Below are positions 27,227 through 37,637 of a DNA stretch of 64,000 bases, in pieces. The DNA is taken from the NCBI GenBank assembly GCA_964521185.1, contig CAZFRC010000003.1, positions 2,112 to 66,111 of the forward strand, written 5' to 3'. This DNA is from an uncultured Candidatus Saccharibacteria bacterium. GTDB taxonomy: Bacteria > Patescibacteriota > Minisyncoccia > Phycocordibacterales > UBA12088. The first letter of the stretch is position 1; the number at the start of each line of letters is the position of its first letter. Both the position numbers and the translations under genes were made by a program. The notes under the pieces are model-generated. The model saw only the letters and a list, made by a program, of their open reading frames with translations. It searched no databases and was not told the origin of the DNA.

Positions 27227-27304
27227 GCCTCCATCACACCGAGCTGTTATTCACAGCTACGCTACCGACTTTCGCCCTAAATCGCCCTATACTTAAGCTA
27301 CGTC

Positions 27305-28762
27305 ATGTATCAAGGGCAATTTCTTTCCCATTTTTTTGGGCATGAGCTGGTTAAAAGGATATTGACCGCCTGCGTGGTCATATCATTTGTCGCTCCGTCA
27401 ATATTTTCGAGCTTCGCTCCAAAAAAAGCCGACGCGTATTGGCTCGTTGAAGACCCCCTTCATATTGTCGAAACAGTCTACAACGGAGTGCTACTTGCGC
27501 TTAAATATGCCGAAAGCATACGGGCAAACTTTAAAGAGTATGTACTCGACCCCGCGGCGTATTTTCTTGCGCACGCCCTGCTGCAGCAAGTGACTCTTTC
27601 CGTAGTTGACTGGATAAATAGCGATTTTGAGGGTTGGCCTCGATTCGTTGACGATCCGGCCGTCTTTTTCACCAATGTCGCCGATCAGGCCGCGGGAGGA
27701 TTTATCCTCGAAAAAAGCGGGGACGACCCTTTGCTCAAAAAGAGTCTGGACTTTTTATGCAACCCGAGACTCCTCCGATTCGCGCTCGCAAACAATTATG
27801 TGCGCGGATTTTCCGACCGATACGCGTGCACCCTTTCAACCATTTCCGCCAATTGGGAAAATTTTACGACAAACATAGAAAATGGAGGGTGGGCTATGTG
27901 GTTTCAAATGAGCCAGCGGGGGCAGAATCCTTATGATGAATATGTAGTGTCAGCAGAGGAACTTTCTCGAAGAATACTGGGGGCGCAAAAAACGATTGAG
28001 AATCAGGCTAATCAGGGAAGCGGGTTTCTCCCTCAGTGGATGAAAGACTGTATCTATGCAGATCCAGAGAGTCCGGAAGCCCTAAACAAGGAAGGGACGC
28101 TCGCGAACTGTCCGGTTGTTGGTCCGGGACACACGGTATCCAGGCTTCTTGACAAAGCTTTGGGATCAAGCATTTTCGATGAGAAAAATTTTGCGGATGA
28201 GTTTGGAGAATCTATTTCCCTCATTTTTAACGCTCTTCTATCTAAAATATTCGAATGGGGTATCGCCGCGCTAGGTCAAGCCGGCACAGGTTCCAGCCCG
28301 ACAGGAGGATCGTTCTTGGACGATTTTCGTGGAACGGTTTCAGACAGTTTTACAGAGGTTGAAGATACTCTGGAAGAAAGAATGAGGCAGCAGCGCGCCC
28401 TTGAGGTTGAGTACCGATCAGAACTTGGATGCGAACCTGAACCTCCGCCAGCCGGATCCCCTTCCGCAACCGCAGAAAGCGAGGAGTGCCAGAAAGCCGC
28501 CAATAACATTAGAAAAATCGACGAGCTCCTTGATAAACTTGCCTCCGCAGAAGCATCCGAAGACCAAGAAGAATTGATTCGCGTGACGCAAGAAGTAAGC
28601 GCTGAATATTCTGAGCTTCTCCCAGACCTTACCAACCAAGGCAACATATTACGTGAGAATCAGGAATCCTCAAGTTCTGGCGGCGGCACTCCCCTTAACC
28701 CGCCACCAACCGGTACTGGTAGTAGCGAAAAACCGGGAACACCTCCAAATCCGGCTAACTGA
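27305..28762 (+). CDS. Secreted/membrane hypothetical protein at the head of the T4SS-like cluster
   Basis: Signal peptide-like segment (..KKADA); long ORF; adjacent to the VirB6-like gene. Confidence 0.7.
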   Translation: MYQGQFLSHFFGHELVKRILTACVVISFVAPSIFSSFAPKKADAYWLVEDPLHIVETVYNGVLLALKYAESIRANFKEYVLDPAAYFLAHALLQQVTLSVVDWINSDFEGWPRFVDDPAVFFTNVADQAAGGFILEKSGDDPLLKKSLDFLCNPRLLRFALANNYVRGFSDRYACTLSTISANWENFTTNIENGGWAMWFQMSQRGQNPYDEYVVSAEELSRRILGAQKTIENQANQGSGFLPQWMKDCIYADPESPEALNKEGTLANCPVVGPGHTVSRLLDKALGSSIFDEKNFADEFGESISLIFNALLSKIFEWGIAALGQAGTGSSPTGGSFLDDFRGTVSDSFTEVEDTLEERMRQQRALEVEYRSELGCEPEPPPAGSPSATAESEECQKAANNIRKIDELLDKLASAEASEDQEELIRVTQEVSAEYSELLPDLTNQGNILRENQESSSSGGGTPLNPPPTGTGSSEKPGTPPNPAN

Positions 28763-28774
28763 TAATCCCATACA

Positions 28775-31324
28775 ATGGAAATGGAATACGCGCCGACACC
28801 CAGCGATCCCTCAACGGGACACTCTCGACAAAAAAAACTTTTTTTAAAGAAGGTGTTTATCAACTTTTTAACCTTCTTTTTCTTTTTTAATATTTCTTTT
28901 GTCTTTTTCCACATTATCTCGAGTGACCCAAAAGGACCGGGGTATGTAAGCGCGGACCCAACGAATCAAAATCAAAATATTGCTGTAACGGTAAGCAACG
29001 CAGCACAACCCGGAGCTGTTTATAGCTGTTATTGGTGGTTTCTTCTCGATTGTCATTTAAGAACAGGATTGGTAGGTATTGGTTCAATGGTTGTGTATGT
29101 GGGCGCACTTATCTTTAATCTCGCCATGGAATTCACCGTTATCAAAATGGGCTATTACATCAATGGAAACACGGGCATAGAAGCGGCGTGGATTGTCCTT
29201 CGTGATTTAGCCAATTTGGGCCTTGTGTACGCCCTTCTGCTTATCGGCATATCCACCATTCTCCGCATTAACCGATATGGATATCGAGTCCTTCTCGCAA
29301 GGATCATTATCGTCGCGCTTCTGGTAAATTTCAGTTTGTTTTTAACCAAGGGTGTGGTCGAGGTTTCCAACGTATTGGCGAATGGAGTATATAAGTTGAT
29401 CGCGGAACCAACAGGACCAGGGTGTAATGGGGGAGTTTCTACGGTTTCGAGCCGAATTTCCGAATGCTCCAACGCCGGAATTTCGGCCGCGATCGTTCAA
29501 ACTACCAGAATATCCTCTATATATGATGGAACCCCTATTGTTGAGAATAGCAACGTAGGTGGCGTTCAAAATATTTCCCAAGGATTTTTAGTGATGGTAT
29601 TTCTGATTATTACGGCCTTTGTGCTTTTGGGAGGAGCTCTTATGCTGATTACCCGCTACATTATACTGATATTCCTTATGATACTCTCGCCTTTAGCCTT
29701 TGTTGCGTGGACGCTACCCAAAACTGAACACTACGCGAAAGAATGGTGGGGAAAGCTCATTAACCAAAGCTTTTTTGCGCCTTTCTATTTGCTTATGATT
29801 TGGGTGTCGCTTAGCGTTTTAAGCGGCATTTCACCAAACCTTACCGGCTCTCTAGGGCAAGCCTTCTCTGGATCAGGTATTGCTGACGTGCTTCTTAATT
29901 TTTGCATCGTCACCGGACTTATGGTTGGTTCGCTTGTTGTCTCAAAAAAATTAGGAGCGTACGGCGCTGACACAGCAATAAACTGGACATCAAGATCAGG
30001 AGGCCGTGCCACGTTTGGGACTCTTGCATTTCTCCAACGCCATACAGTGGGTCGGCTTGCAAACCGAATGGCCACATGGCAAAGGCCGCGCGCATTTCTT
30101 CAAGGAAGCGTTCTTGGCCGATCCGTGCTCAAAGGAATACGCACGGTTGGAAGTTCGAGCTTTGACGTGCGCAACACCGAACTCGGCAGAGGGATAAGCA
30201 GATCGCTTGGAGGAGCAAATCTTGGAAAAGTTGGAGGGGAAGGTGGATATTCCGGACTTCAAAAACGAAGACAAGACGAAAGGGAGGCGGCGAGACGCGA
30301 CGCGATAAGGGAAGCGGAAAGGGTTCACAGCGGAGCCCTCAGCGCAACTCGTCGTCGCGAAATCGCAGGTAACATCGGAAATACGGCTGTAGCTCAAAAC
30401 CTGCGTCAAAGATATGTGGACAGAGCGGTACAAGAAGCGTCTTTAATAGCCGAATCTAAGGCTATTGAAATTGAGGAGCTTGAAAGGCGGCTTGAGGCAA
30501 ACAGGGCAAGAATGCAACTATCAGATACGCCCGAGAGACAGCAGGAGCTAGAGGCAGAAGCAAATCAAATCCAGAACCAGCTTCAAAGCGCGAGGGCAGC
30601 CATTCCTAATATAGACCAGGTTCGAATAAGAGCAACGCAAGAAGCTTCTGAAATGCAGTTCGATGAAAGACGCGTTGCTTCAACGCTTTCCACCATCGAA
30701 GAAACTTTTAGAAATATTCAAAACACCGTTGCTCGAAATGCAGAGGAAGTACAGAGGAGTTCACAAGAAGTACGAAGAACAGAAGAACAGCTGGCAGAGC
30801 TCCAAGCGGAAAATTCAAGACAAGACCTGACTCCTGAACAAAGAAATGCCTCACGTGCACAGCTTGAGAGTGCCACGCGCGCGCACCAAGAAGCACAAGA
30901 AAGACTGAGGCAAATGCAAAACAGACTGAGAGAAAGGCAGGTTGAACTTTCAAGAACGTGGACAGATCTCCAAGAGTGGAGAGGGCACTTACAGCAATAC
31001 ACTGAACCCGGAAATCGCGCGCGCAGAGAGTATTTGGACCGAATACGAAGAGGCGGGCAGTTTATGGAAAGAGTTGTAACGGGTAATTATCTCGCACCGA
31101 ACTCACAAACCCTTGATACTTATTTTAATCCCGTTGACCCTATCGCTCGAGCATTTTTGACACCGAATGAATACGAAGAACAGATTGCTGCGATTGAAAG
31201 GCATTGGAACCGTTCAGACTCCGAAAGATTAGCAGACGCAATAATGCAGCGTCTTGCAAGTCAAGGACAAGGAAATCGCCCTGGAAATCAGACGCCGCCA
31301 GCACAGCCAGCACAACCTCGTTAA
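28775..31324 (+). CDS. VirB6/TrbL-like polytopic membrane protein with long C-terminal coiled coil
   Basis: Several TMs, W..LRDLAN, ALLVNFSLF, R..IL..L...SPLAF, WW.KL pattern; context with PrgI and VirB4. Confidence 0.7.
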   Translation: MEMEYAPTPSDPSTGHSRQKKLFLKKVFINFLTFFFFFNISFVFFHIISSDPKGPGYVSADPTNQNQNIAVTVSNAAQPGAVYSCYWWFLLDCHLRTGLVGIGSMVVYVGALIFNLAMEFTVIKMGYYINGNTGIEAAWIVLRDLANLGLVYALLLIGISTILRINRYGYRVLLARIIIVALLVNFSLFLTKGVVEVSNVLANGVYKLIAEPTGPGCNGGVSTVSSRISECSNAGISAAIVQTTRISSIYDGTPIVENSNVGGVQNISQGFLVMVFLIITAFVLLGGALMLITRYIILIFLMILSPLAFVAWTLPKTEHYAKEWWGKLINQSFFAPFYLLMIWVSLSVLSGISPNLTGSLGQAFSGSGIADVLLNFCIVTGLMVGSLVVSKKLGAYGADTAINWTSRSGGRATFGTLAFLQRHTVGRLANRMATWQRPRAFLQGSVLGRSVLKGIRTVGSSSFDVRNTELGRGISRSLGGANLGKVGGEGGYSGLQKRRQDEREAARRDAIREAERVHSGALSATRRREIAGNIGNTAVAQNLRQRYVDRAVQEASLIAESKAIEIEELERRLEANRARMQLSDTPERQQELEAEANQIQNQLQSARAAIPNIDQVRIRATQEASEMQFDERRVASTLSTIEETFRNIQNTVARNAEEVQRSSQEVRRTEEQLAELQAENSRQDLTPEQRNASRAQLESATRAHQEAQERLRQMQNRLRERQVELSRTWTDLQEWRGHLQQYTEPGNRARREYLDRIRRGGQFMERVVTGNYLAPNSQTLDTYFNPVDPIARAFLTPNEYEEQIAAIERHWNRSDSERLADAIMQRLASQGQGNRPGNQTPPAQPAQPR

Positions 31325-31342
31325 TGTAATCTTTATGTAACT

Positions 31343-32008
31343 ATGCGATACCAAACAGATTCTAGAGAAACAGCGACCGTCATTCTTCGAGAACGGTTCA
31401 AAGAGCTTCCAAAGCCGATTCAAGATATTATTTCTTCGACAGACATCAGAAACGCGCTTCAAACAGTTTCAAACAAACACCGCCTCCATATTGATCAAGG
31501 GGGGATGCTCGAGAACGTTACCATGATGACTCTCATTGGACTCTACCGAATCGACGAATTTGAAACACGTCTTGCGCACACGCTCCAAATAGACACCGCT
31601 CTTGCAACGGCAATTGCAAACGATATTAATGCGTCGGTTTTTGCTCCCATCAGAGAACAGATACGGAATTATACCGATGCGTCCGCCAAAGAAGCTCCGG
31701 GGACTCCGGCGCAGACGACTTTTGAAGATAAGCCCGAAATCCCCAAACCAAATATCCCCCCTCAAACGATGCCCGCAAACACCTCCAACACGCCCAAGAT
31801 ATCGGAAGAGTCTAAGCAATCGCAGCCGAAAGATATGTCCGAACAAAAAGCAAAACAGGACGTAGCAACAATAAAGCTTGGTCTTACGTCTCCTCAAGAA
31901 ATAAATCTCGCCTCCTCTCAACGTCCGGTGCCACCAGATTCAAACCAGGAAGCCTCCAAAAAACCTTTGCAATCTCGAACAGATCCTTATCGGGAACCGC
32001 CTGAATAG
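31343..32008 (+). CDS. Hypothetical protein (C-terminal DPYREP motif)
   Basis: Helical N-terminal domain LP..IQ..I.S; Pro-rich tail ending DPYREPPE. Confidence 0.75.
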   Translation: MRYQTDSRETATVILRERFKELPKPIQDIISSTDIRNALQTVSNKHRLHIDQGGMLENVTMMTLIGLYRIDEFETRLAHTLQIDTALATAIANDINASVFAPIREQIRNYTDASAKEAPGTPAQTTFEDKPEIPKPNIPPQTMPANTSNTPKISEESKQSQPKDMSEQKAKQDVATIKLGLTSPQEINLASSQRPVPPDSNQEASKKPLQSRTDPYREPPE

Positions 32009-32095
32009 TGGGACTATAGAGATTTTGGAGCAGCGCACACTCGATACCTTCGGCGCGCTTCAAATTATGAATAGGCAGCATAATACACACACTCT

Positions 32096-32536
32096 ATGCG
32101 ATACCAAGTTCCTCAATTTATTGACATAGAAGATAAGATATTCGGTCCCCTTACCGGCAAGCAATTTGTATACCTTGCGGGTGCGGGAGGATTTTTCGTG
32201 GCGATCTATACATTGTACGGGCTATTTGTGGCGATTTTGGTAAGTCTCCCTATCGTTGCCCTTGCGGTTGCTCTGGCATTTCTTCGGATAAATGAGCTTC
32301 CGTTTGCAACCATACTTGAGTCCGCAATCTATTTTTACATCCGACGAAAAATTTTTCTTTGGAAGAAAAATCGGCCTTCAAATCCAACACAAGGTTCAAA
32401 TGTAAAGACTTCCCCGGAAGGGGTGGCCCCCTATGTTCCAAAATTGTCCGAGAGCCGGCTTAAAGATATTTCTTGGAGTCTGGATATTCATGAGCGTCTC
32501 GACGAAAGTGATCGGACACATAGCCCAAATGAATAA
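32096..32536 (+). CDS. PrgI family (VirB3-like) protein
   Basis: YQVPQFIDIEDKIFGPLT.KQF followed by two TMs. Confidence 0.85.
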   Translation: MRYQVPQFIDIEDKIFGPLTGKQFVYLAGAGGFFVAIYTLYGLFVAILVSLPIVALAVALAFLRINELPFATILESAIYFYIRRKIFLWKKNRPSNPTQGSNVKTSPEGVAPYVPKLSESRLKDISWSLDIHERLDESDRTHSPNE

Positions 32537-32561
32537 AAGGATATAGCATTGTATAAGTCCT

Positions 32562-33224
32562 ATGACTACCACTAACCCGTTGCAGAAAGAAAACACTACG
32601 CAAGATTTTGTTCCTATTCAAGAGGTGCGTGACGGAGTCGTTATTCTGAAAGACGGGGGATTACGCGGAGTATTCATGGCATCATCAATCAATCTTGCAC
32701 TTAAATCAGAAGACGAACAGCGGGCAATTTTGGAACAATTTGCGCAAATGCTCGATTCGGTGGATTTCTCCGTTCAGTTTGTTGTGCAATCAAGAAAACT
32801 TGATATCAGACCCTATATTGCGCTACTTGAAAAACGGTATACTGAGGTTGTTGGCGATTTACTTAAGATTCAGGTTCGAGAATACATTGAATTTGTTAAG
32901 ACGTTTTCGGAAAATTCTAATATCATGACGAAAAGTTTTTTTATTGTAGTTCCTTATACGCCAATCCCGCTTGAAGGAGGCGTTGCAGGGCTTCTTTCCC
33001 TGACGAAAAAGAAAACGCCCCAACAAAAAATACAGGGAACAGGAACGGCGTTTGAAGAAAGCCGTTCCCAACTCGAACAACGGATGTCTGTGGTCGAACA
33101 AGGTCTTGCGCGATGCGGGGTCCGTGTTGCACGGCTTGGCACCGAAGAAGTGATCGAGCTGTTTTACCGTCTTTTTAACCTTGGAGAGCTCGAACGGCCG
33201 ATTCCACTTGATAATCGAGCGTAA
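32562..33224 (+). CDS. TraC/VirB4 N-terminal-like protein
   Basis: TQDFVPI.EVRDGVVILKDG, SINLALKSEDEQ; located between PrgI and VirB4. Confidence 0.75.
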   Translation: MTTTNPLQKENTTQDFVPIQEVRDGVVILKDGGLRGVFMASSINLALKSEDEQRAILEQFAQMLDSVDFSVQFVVQSRKLDIRPYIALLEKRYTEVVGDLLKIQVREYIEFVKTFSENSNIMTKSFFIVVPYTPIPLEGGVAGLLSLTKKKTPQQKIQGTGTAFEESRSQLEQRMSVVEQGLARCGVRVARLGTEEVIELFYRLFNLGELERPIPLDNRA

Positions 33225-33230
33225 ATCACC

Positions 33231-35102
33231 ATGGGACTTCTTGATTTTATCACAAAGAAAAAAGAGCCTGAATCCCGCATAGAGGCGGTTCTTCCGCAGG
33301 AAATTTACCAAGCGGGGACACTTGAACTCAAAGACGTGTTGGCGCCTTCGGCGCTTCAAATAACTCCACGCGAACTGAATTTGGGAGATAAAATAGTGCG
33401 TACATTTTTTATTATTTCTTATCCTCGCTACCTAAACGATGGATGGTTCTCCCCGATTATCAATCTGGATAAGGTGTTTGATATTTCTATTTTCGCCCAT
33501 CCGATCGATACTGCGCAGATTCTTCGGAAATTCCAAAAGCGCGTAGCGGAAGTGGAAAGTCAAATTCACACGCGAGAAGAGAAAGGCCTCGTGAGAGATC
33601 CAAAACTGGATACTTCATACGAAGATCTTGAACAGCTCCGAGATCGGCTACAACAAGCCCAAGAACGATTGTTTGATGTTGGGGTATACATTTCAATTTA
33701 CGGAGACTCGAAAGACGAGCTTGACAAGGCGGAGTCGGAAATCAAATCGATTCTTGAGGCGCAGCTCGTATACATCAAACCGGCGCTATTTCAGCAAGAA
33801 CAAGGGTATCGAAGCGTCATTCCGACAGCAACCGATGAACTGAAAGTGCATTCAAAACTCGACTCGTCCCCATTTTCAAGCCTGTTTCCGTTCATATCTT
33901 TCGATCTTACCGCTGACAGAGGAATTCTATACGGAATTAATCGCCACAACTCATCGCTGATTCTCTTCGATAGATTTTCGCTTGAAAACTATAATTCCGT
34001 AACGTTTGCAAAATCCGGTTCAGGAAAATCCTATGCAATAAAACTCGAGATTCTTCGGACGCTTATGTTTGACGTCGACATTATTATTATTGATCCTGAG
34101 CGAGAATACGAGTATTTGGCTGAAGCGGTGGGAGGAAGGTATTTCAATATTTCACTATCCTCCGGTCACACCATTAATCCTTTTGATTTGCCCCCTCTTG
34201 GAGAAGACGAAACCCCGACGAACGTGCTGCGTTCCAACATCATAAACCTTGTCGGGCTTTTTCGAATCATGCTTGGCGGCCTCACCCCCGAAGAAGACGC
34301 GATTATTGATCGCGCCATCACCGAAACGTACGCGCTTAAAGATATCACCGGGAATAACGATTTTACAAACCTCACGCCCCCCCTCCTTTCCGATTTTGAA
34401 TTGGTGCTTGGAGGCATGGAAGGAAGCGAGTCCTTGGTGCAACGTCTTAGTAAATACACGAAAGGAACGTGGGCGGGATTCATTAATCGGCCAACGAACA
34501 TCGATATCAACAAAAAACTTGTCGTGTTTTCCATTAGAGACATGGAAGACGACCTGAAGCCGGTCGCCATGTATATCATCACGAAATACATTTGGACGGC
34601 CATCCGTCGAGAACTTAAAAAACGGATTCTCGTGGTGGATGAGGCGTGGTGGATGATGAAGTATGAAGATACGGCGTCTTTTCTTTACTCTATCGCAAAA
34701 CGTGGTCGCAAATACTATTTGGGGCTCGCCACGATCACCCAAGACGTGGATGATTTTATGAAATCGCCCTACGGCATTCCCATGCTTACGAACTCATCGA
34801 TTCAGCTTCTGCTTAAACAGTCACCAACATCGATTGATGTTCTTCAAAAAACATTTAACCTCACCGACGAAGAAAAATACCTCCTGCTTGAATCCGGCGT
34901 GGGAGAGGGCATATTTTTTGCCGGCCTAAAACATGTGGCTATTAAAATTATTGCCTCGTACACAGAAGACCAGATTATTACCTCGGACCCTTCCCAAATT
35001 CTCCTTATTCAAAAAGCCCGGCAAGCACAAGAAGACGCCCTTGGTACAAGCAATGAATCTCCTTCACGCGCAAAAGCACGTAACGAGATGCCTATCAAAT
35101 AG
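33231..35102 (+). CDS. VirB4-like T4SS ATPase
   Basis: Walker A AKSGSGKS, IIDPERE, Walker B VVDEAW, KRGRKY, ITQDV. Confidence 0.9.
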   Translation: MGLLDFITKKKEPESRIEAVLPQEIYQAGTLELKDVLAPSALQITPRELNLGDKIVRTFFIISYPRYLNDGWFSPIINLDKVFDISIFAHPIDTAQILRKFQKRVAEVESQIHTREEKGLVRDPKLDTSYEDLEQLRDRLQQAQERLFDVGVYISIYGDSKDELDKAESEIKSILEAQLVYIKPALFQQEQGYRSVIPTATDELKVHSKLDSSPFSSLFPFISFDLTADRGILYGINRHNSSLILFDRFSLENYNSVTFAKSGSGKSYAIKLEILRTLMFDVDIIIIDPEREYEYLAEAVGGRYFNISLSSGHTINPFDLPPLGEDETPTNVLRSNIINLVGLFRIMLGGLTPEEDAIIDRAITETYALKDITGNNDFTNLTPPLLSDFELVLGGMEGSESLVQRLSKYTKGTWAGFINRPTNIDINKKLVVFSIRDMEDDLKPVAMYIITKYIWTAIRRELKKRILVVDEAWWMMKYEDTASFLYSIAKRGRKYYLGLATITQDVDDFMKSPYGIPMLTNSSIQLLLKQSPTSIDVLQKTFNLTDEEKYLLLESGVGEGIFFAGLKHVAIKIIASYTEDQIITSDPSQILLIQKARQAQEDALGTSNESPSRAKARNEMPIK

Positions 35103-35105
35103 AAT

Positions 35106-35909
35106 ATGGGCGACACGGAAGCCTTAGAGAGGCGGGCAAAGAACGAAGACAAACTCAAACTACGGATCTCTCCTGAAGTGGGGGCTCTGATGTTTGGCGT
35201 TGCCCTCTTTGTTGACGGTCTTCAGGGGGTCATAGGGATTTTCGGATTAATACCGTTTGTTGGTTTTTTGTTTTCCTTAGTGGGCGCAATGATTTGGCTG
35301 TTGTACACCCTTGGTTTTTGGCTTTGGTTTCACATTCTTGGAGTAACATTTTTTGAGGCCATTGATCAGTCGGGATGGAAGGGCGTAGCCTTATCTTTAG
35401 CAAAAAATATAGTTCGAAGCGTCATCCCTTTAGTTATGTTTTTTCTCAGCTTCATTCCTTTTTTTGGACCTTTACTGACTGGCATTGTGCCAGACGTTGC
35501 GGTTGCGGTAGGCGCGACGATTTTAATTTCTTGGGCGCAAGATAAAGCGCTTTCTGCAGAAACGAAAATGAAAATAGCCCAACAAAAAATGGCACGGATG
35601 GTCCGTCAACGCCAAATGGAAGAAGAAATGGAAGAAGAAGAGGCACAAGCAGAAATGGAAAAGATTGCCGAGGAGGAATATCGACAAAGAGAAGAAGAGA
35701 ATGAGGAACGGGAGAACGACGAGGAGAAAAGTGTAGCAGTGGAATACCTAAAGAGGGAAGAGGAGGAAATGCGCGCTAACGCGCTTCATCAAGGAAATTC
35801 TGCGGTCACGCCAAATGGAGCGGAAGAGTTGTCGCAATATCCAAACCCGCCGCGCCGTACAAAAAGCGGCCGCGTGAATTCCCCATCGTCCTTCCGACAA
35901 CAAACATGA
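35106..35909 (+). CDS. Hypothetical membrane protein with Glu-rich coiled-coil tail
   Basis: About 4 TMs followed by an E/R-rich region. Confidence 0.7.
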   Translation: MGDTEALERRAKNEDKLKLRISPEVGALMFGVALFVDGLQGVIGIFGLIPFVGFLFSLVGAMIWLLYTLGFWLWFHILGVTFFEAIDQSGWKGVALSLAKNIVRSVIPLVMFFLSFIPFFGPLLTGIVPDVAVAVGATILISWAQDKALSAETKMKIAQQKMARMVRQRQMEEEMEEEEAQAEMEKIAEEEYRQREEENEERENDEEKSVAVEYLKREEEEMRANALHQGNSAVTPNGAEELSQYPNPPRRTKSGRVNSPSSFRQQT

Positions 35910-35990
35910 TGCGCAAGATTTTCAGGTGGACCATGGGGTGTGGAGTAGTGGAACATATTGATTGAATGAGGATATATAATACGAAGTACT

Positions 35991-37070
35991 ATGGGGCATT
36001 ATGCGCGTTTGTTTGGAATACTGACTGGGATCTTACTTTTTTCCACTGTACAGGTCGGCGTCGTACTGTCTCAAGCATACATTGACGCTTCTTACGGTTC
36101 TTCATATCAAGATTCTTATTCTGGGTTTTCGATAAGCCCTTTTTCATCTGAAAACGGGCAGTTGATTGGTGCGGCTGAAGGGACACTTTTTTCCATATCC
36201 ACCAAACCCTCAAGACCTCGCGGCCTTGAGCCGGTTACTCTGACCCTTGAAGGGCCTCCTTCGGTAATAAAAAATTCGTATATAGATTGGTTTATCAACC
36301 GAACCCTGACCGCAGAGGGATATGGGAAAACCTTCCTGAAGGTCACGGCTCCTCAGGTTGGGGCCAATATGGAAATTGTGGTTCATATTACTGAACAAAA
36401 TGGAACCACGCATGTGAGCTCATACACGATGATACCCTCGGAAGTCGAGCTCCTATGGAGCACGGAAACTTACGTTCCCCCCATGTTCAAAGGAAAGGCT
36501 CTTGCTTCCTACATGGCACCCGTCCGAGTAACGGCAATTCCTTTTATTCCAGAGGAAGACGGGTTGGCGAAACCAGAAACCCTGATGTACCAGTGGAGCG
36601 TAAATGGGCGCGTCCGAAAAGAATCGGGCATCGGCTCGGATCATATTGACATCCTTCCGGGGCTTCGACAGGCGGTTACCGTTGCTGTTGTCGTATCAAA
36701 CCCTCGAAACCGAGGCGTCGCAAGTATGCAAATTAATATTCCTCGGCTTTCCTCTTTTGTCCAGTTTTATGAAGTCGATCCGATCTTTGGGCTACGGCTC
36801 GAACGTACGCTTGGGGCCGCACATTCATTTAGAACCCCGGAAAGCAGCATTGCGGCAGTGCCTTATTACATGGGAACCCCTACGACGGCCGACGCGTTGT
36901 TTGAATGGAGTATTGATGGCCGCACGTTAGACACGGCCATAGGAGACACCCTAACGCTCCGGCCTTTCCAAGAAGAGCGCGTTGGGCAACGCTCAACGGT
37001 GTCGGTTAGGGTAACCAACCAGAATGATTTTATGACGTGGGCAAACAAGTCAATCGTGGTTCAGTATTAA
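35991..37070 (+). CDS. Exported protein with beta-rich (Ig/PKD-like) repeats
   Basis: Signal peptide; recurring W.IN / YQWSVNG / FEWSIDG motifs. Confidence 0.7.
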   Translation: MGHYARLFGILTGILLFSTVQVGVVLSQAYIDASYGSSYQDSYSGFSISPFSSENGQLIGAAEGTLFSISTKPSRPRGLEPVTLTLEGPPSVIKNSYIDWFINRTLTAEGYGKTFLKVTAPQVGANMEIVVHITEQNGTTHVSSYTMIPSEVELLWSTETYVPPMFKGKALASYMAPVRVTAIPFIPEEDGLAKPETLMYQWSVNGRVRKESGIGSDHIDILPGLRQAVTVAVVVSNPRNRGVASMQINIPRLSSFVQFYEVDPIFGLRLERTLGAAHSFRTPESSIAAVPYYMGTPTTADALFEWSIDGRTLDTAIGDTLTLRPFQEERVGQRSTVSVRVTNQNDFMTWANKSIVVQY

Positions 37071-37637
37071 ATGAATATGAAAATTTTTCAAAATATTCGA
37101 AACCGTAAAAAGAAGATTTCGTTTTTCCTTGGTGTGGCAAACACCCTGATACTCGCAATGCCGTTTGTTGCATTTGGAGAAGCGCCTACCTCATACATAC
37201 ATCTTGTTCCTCTTCCGGGAGTTACTGCAGGGATTATTGAAAATGTGCCGGCGTTTCTGAACCAGCTTGTGGGAATAACGATTGGCGCGGGCTCTATTCT
37301 CGCAGTCATCATGATTGGAGTCGGCGGCATAGAATACATGGCAAGCGACGCGGTTTTCAGCAAAGACGAAGCACGAAAAAGAATGAGCGACGCGGTTATC
37401 GGCTTATTGATACTTCTCGGCTCTTATGTTCTCCTCTACACTATCAATCCCGACATTGTGAATCTGAACATTTTTCGAAACGCGGAACAATTGGATCCGC
37501 TAAATCTGAGCGCCCCTTCTCCGGGAGGGGCTATCCAGCCACGACCATACCAGGCTACCCCCGAAGGACACTGTCTATATGGGGGGGCATACTATGCTGG
37601 TAAATGTATAGATAAATCCTTAATCCCCAATTTATAA
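37071..37637 (+). CDS. TrbC/VirB2-like pilin family protein
   Basis: LAVIMI..GG.EYM......A...M..AVIGL.ILL.SY..L.TINP motif. Confidence 0.75.
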   Translation: MNMKIFQNIRNRKKKISFFLGVANTLILAMPFVAFGEAPTSYIHLVPLPGVTAGIIENVPAFLNQLVGITIGAGSILAVIMIGVGGIEYMASDAVFSKDEARKRMSDAVIGLLILLGSYVLLYTINPDIVNLNIFRNAEQLDPLNLSAPSPGGAIQPRPYQATPEGHCLYGGAYYAGKCIDKSLIPNL

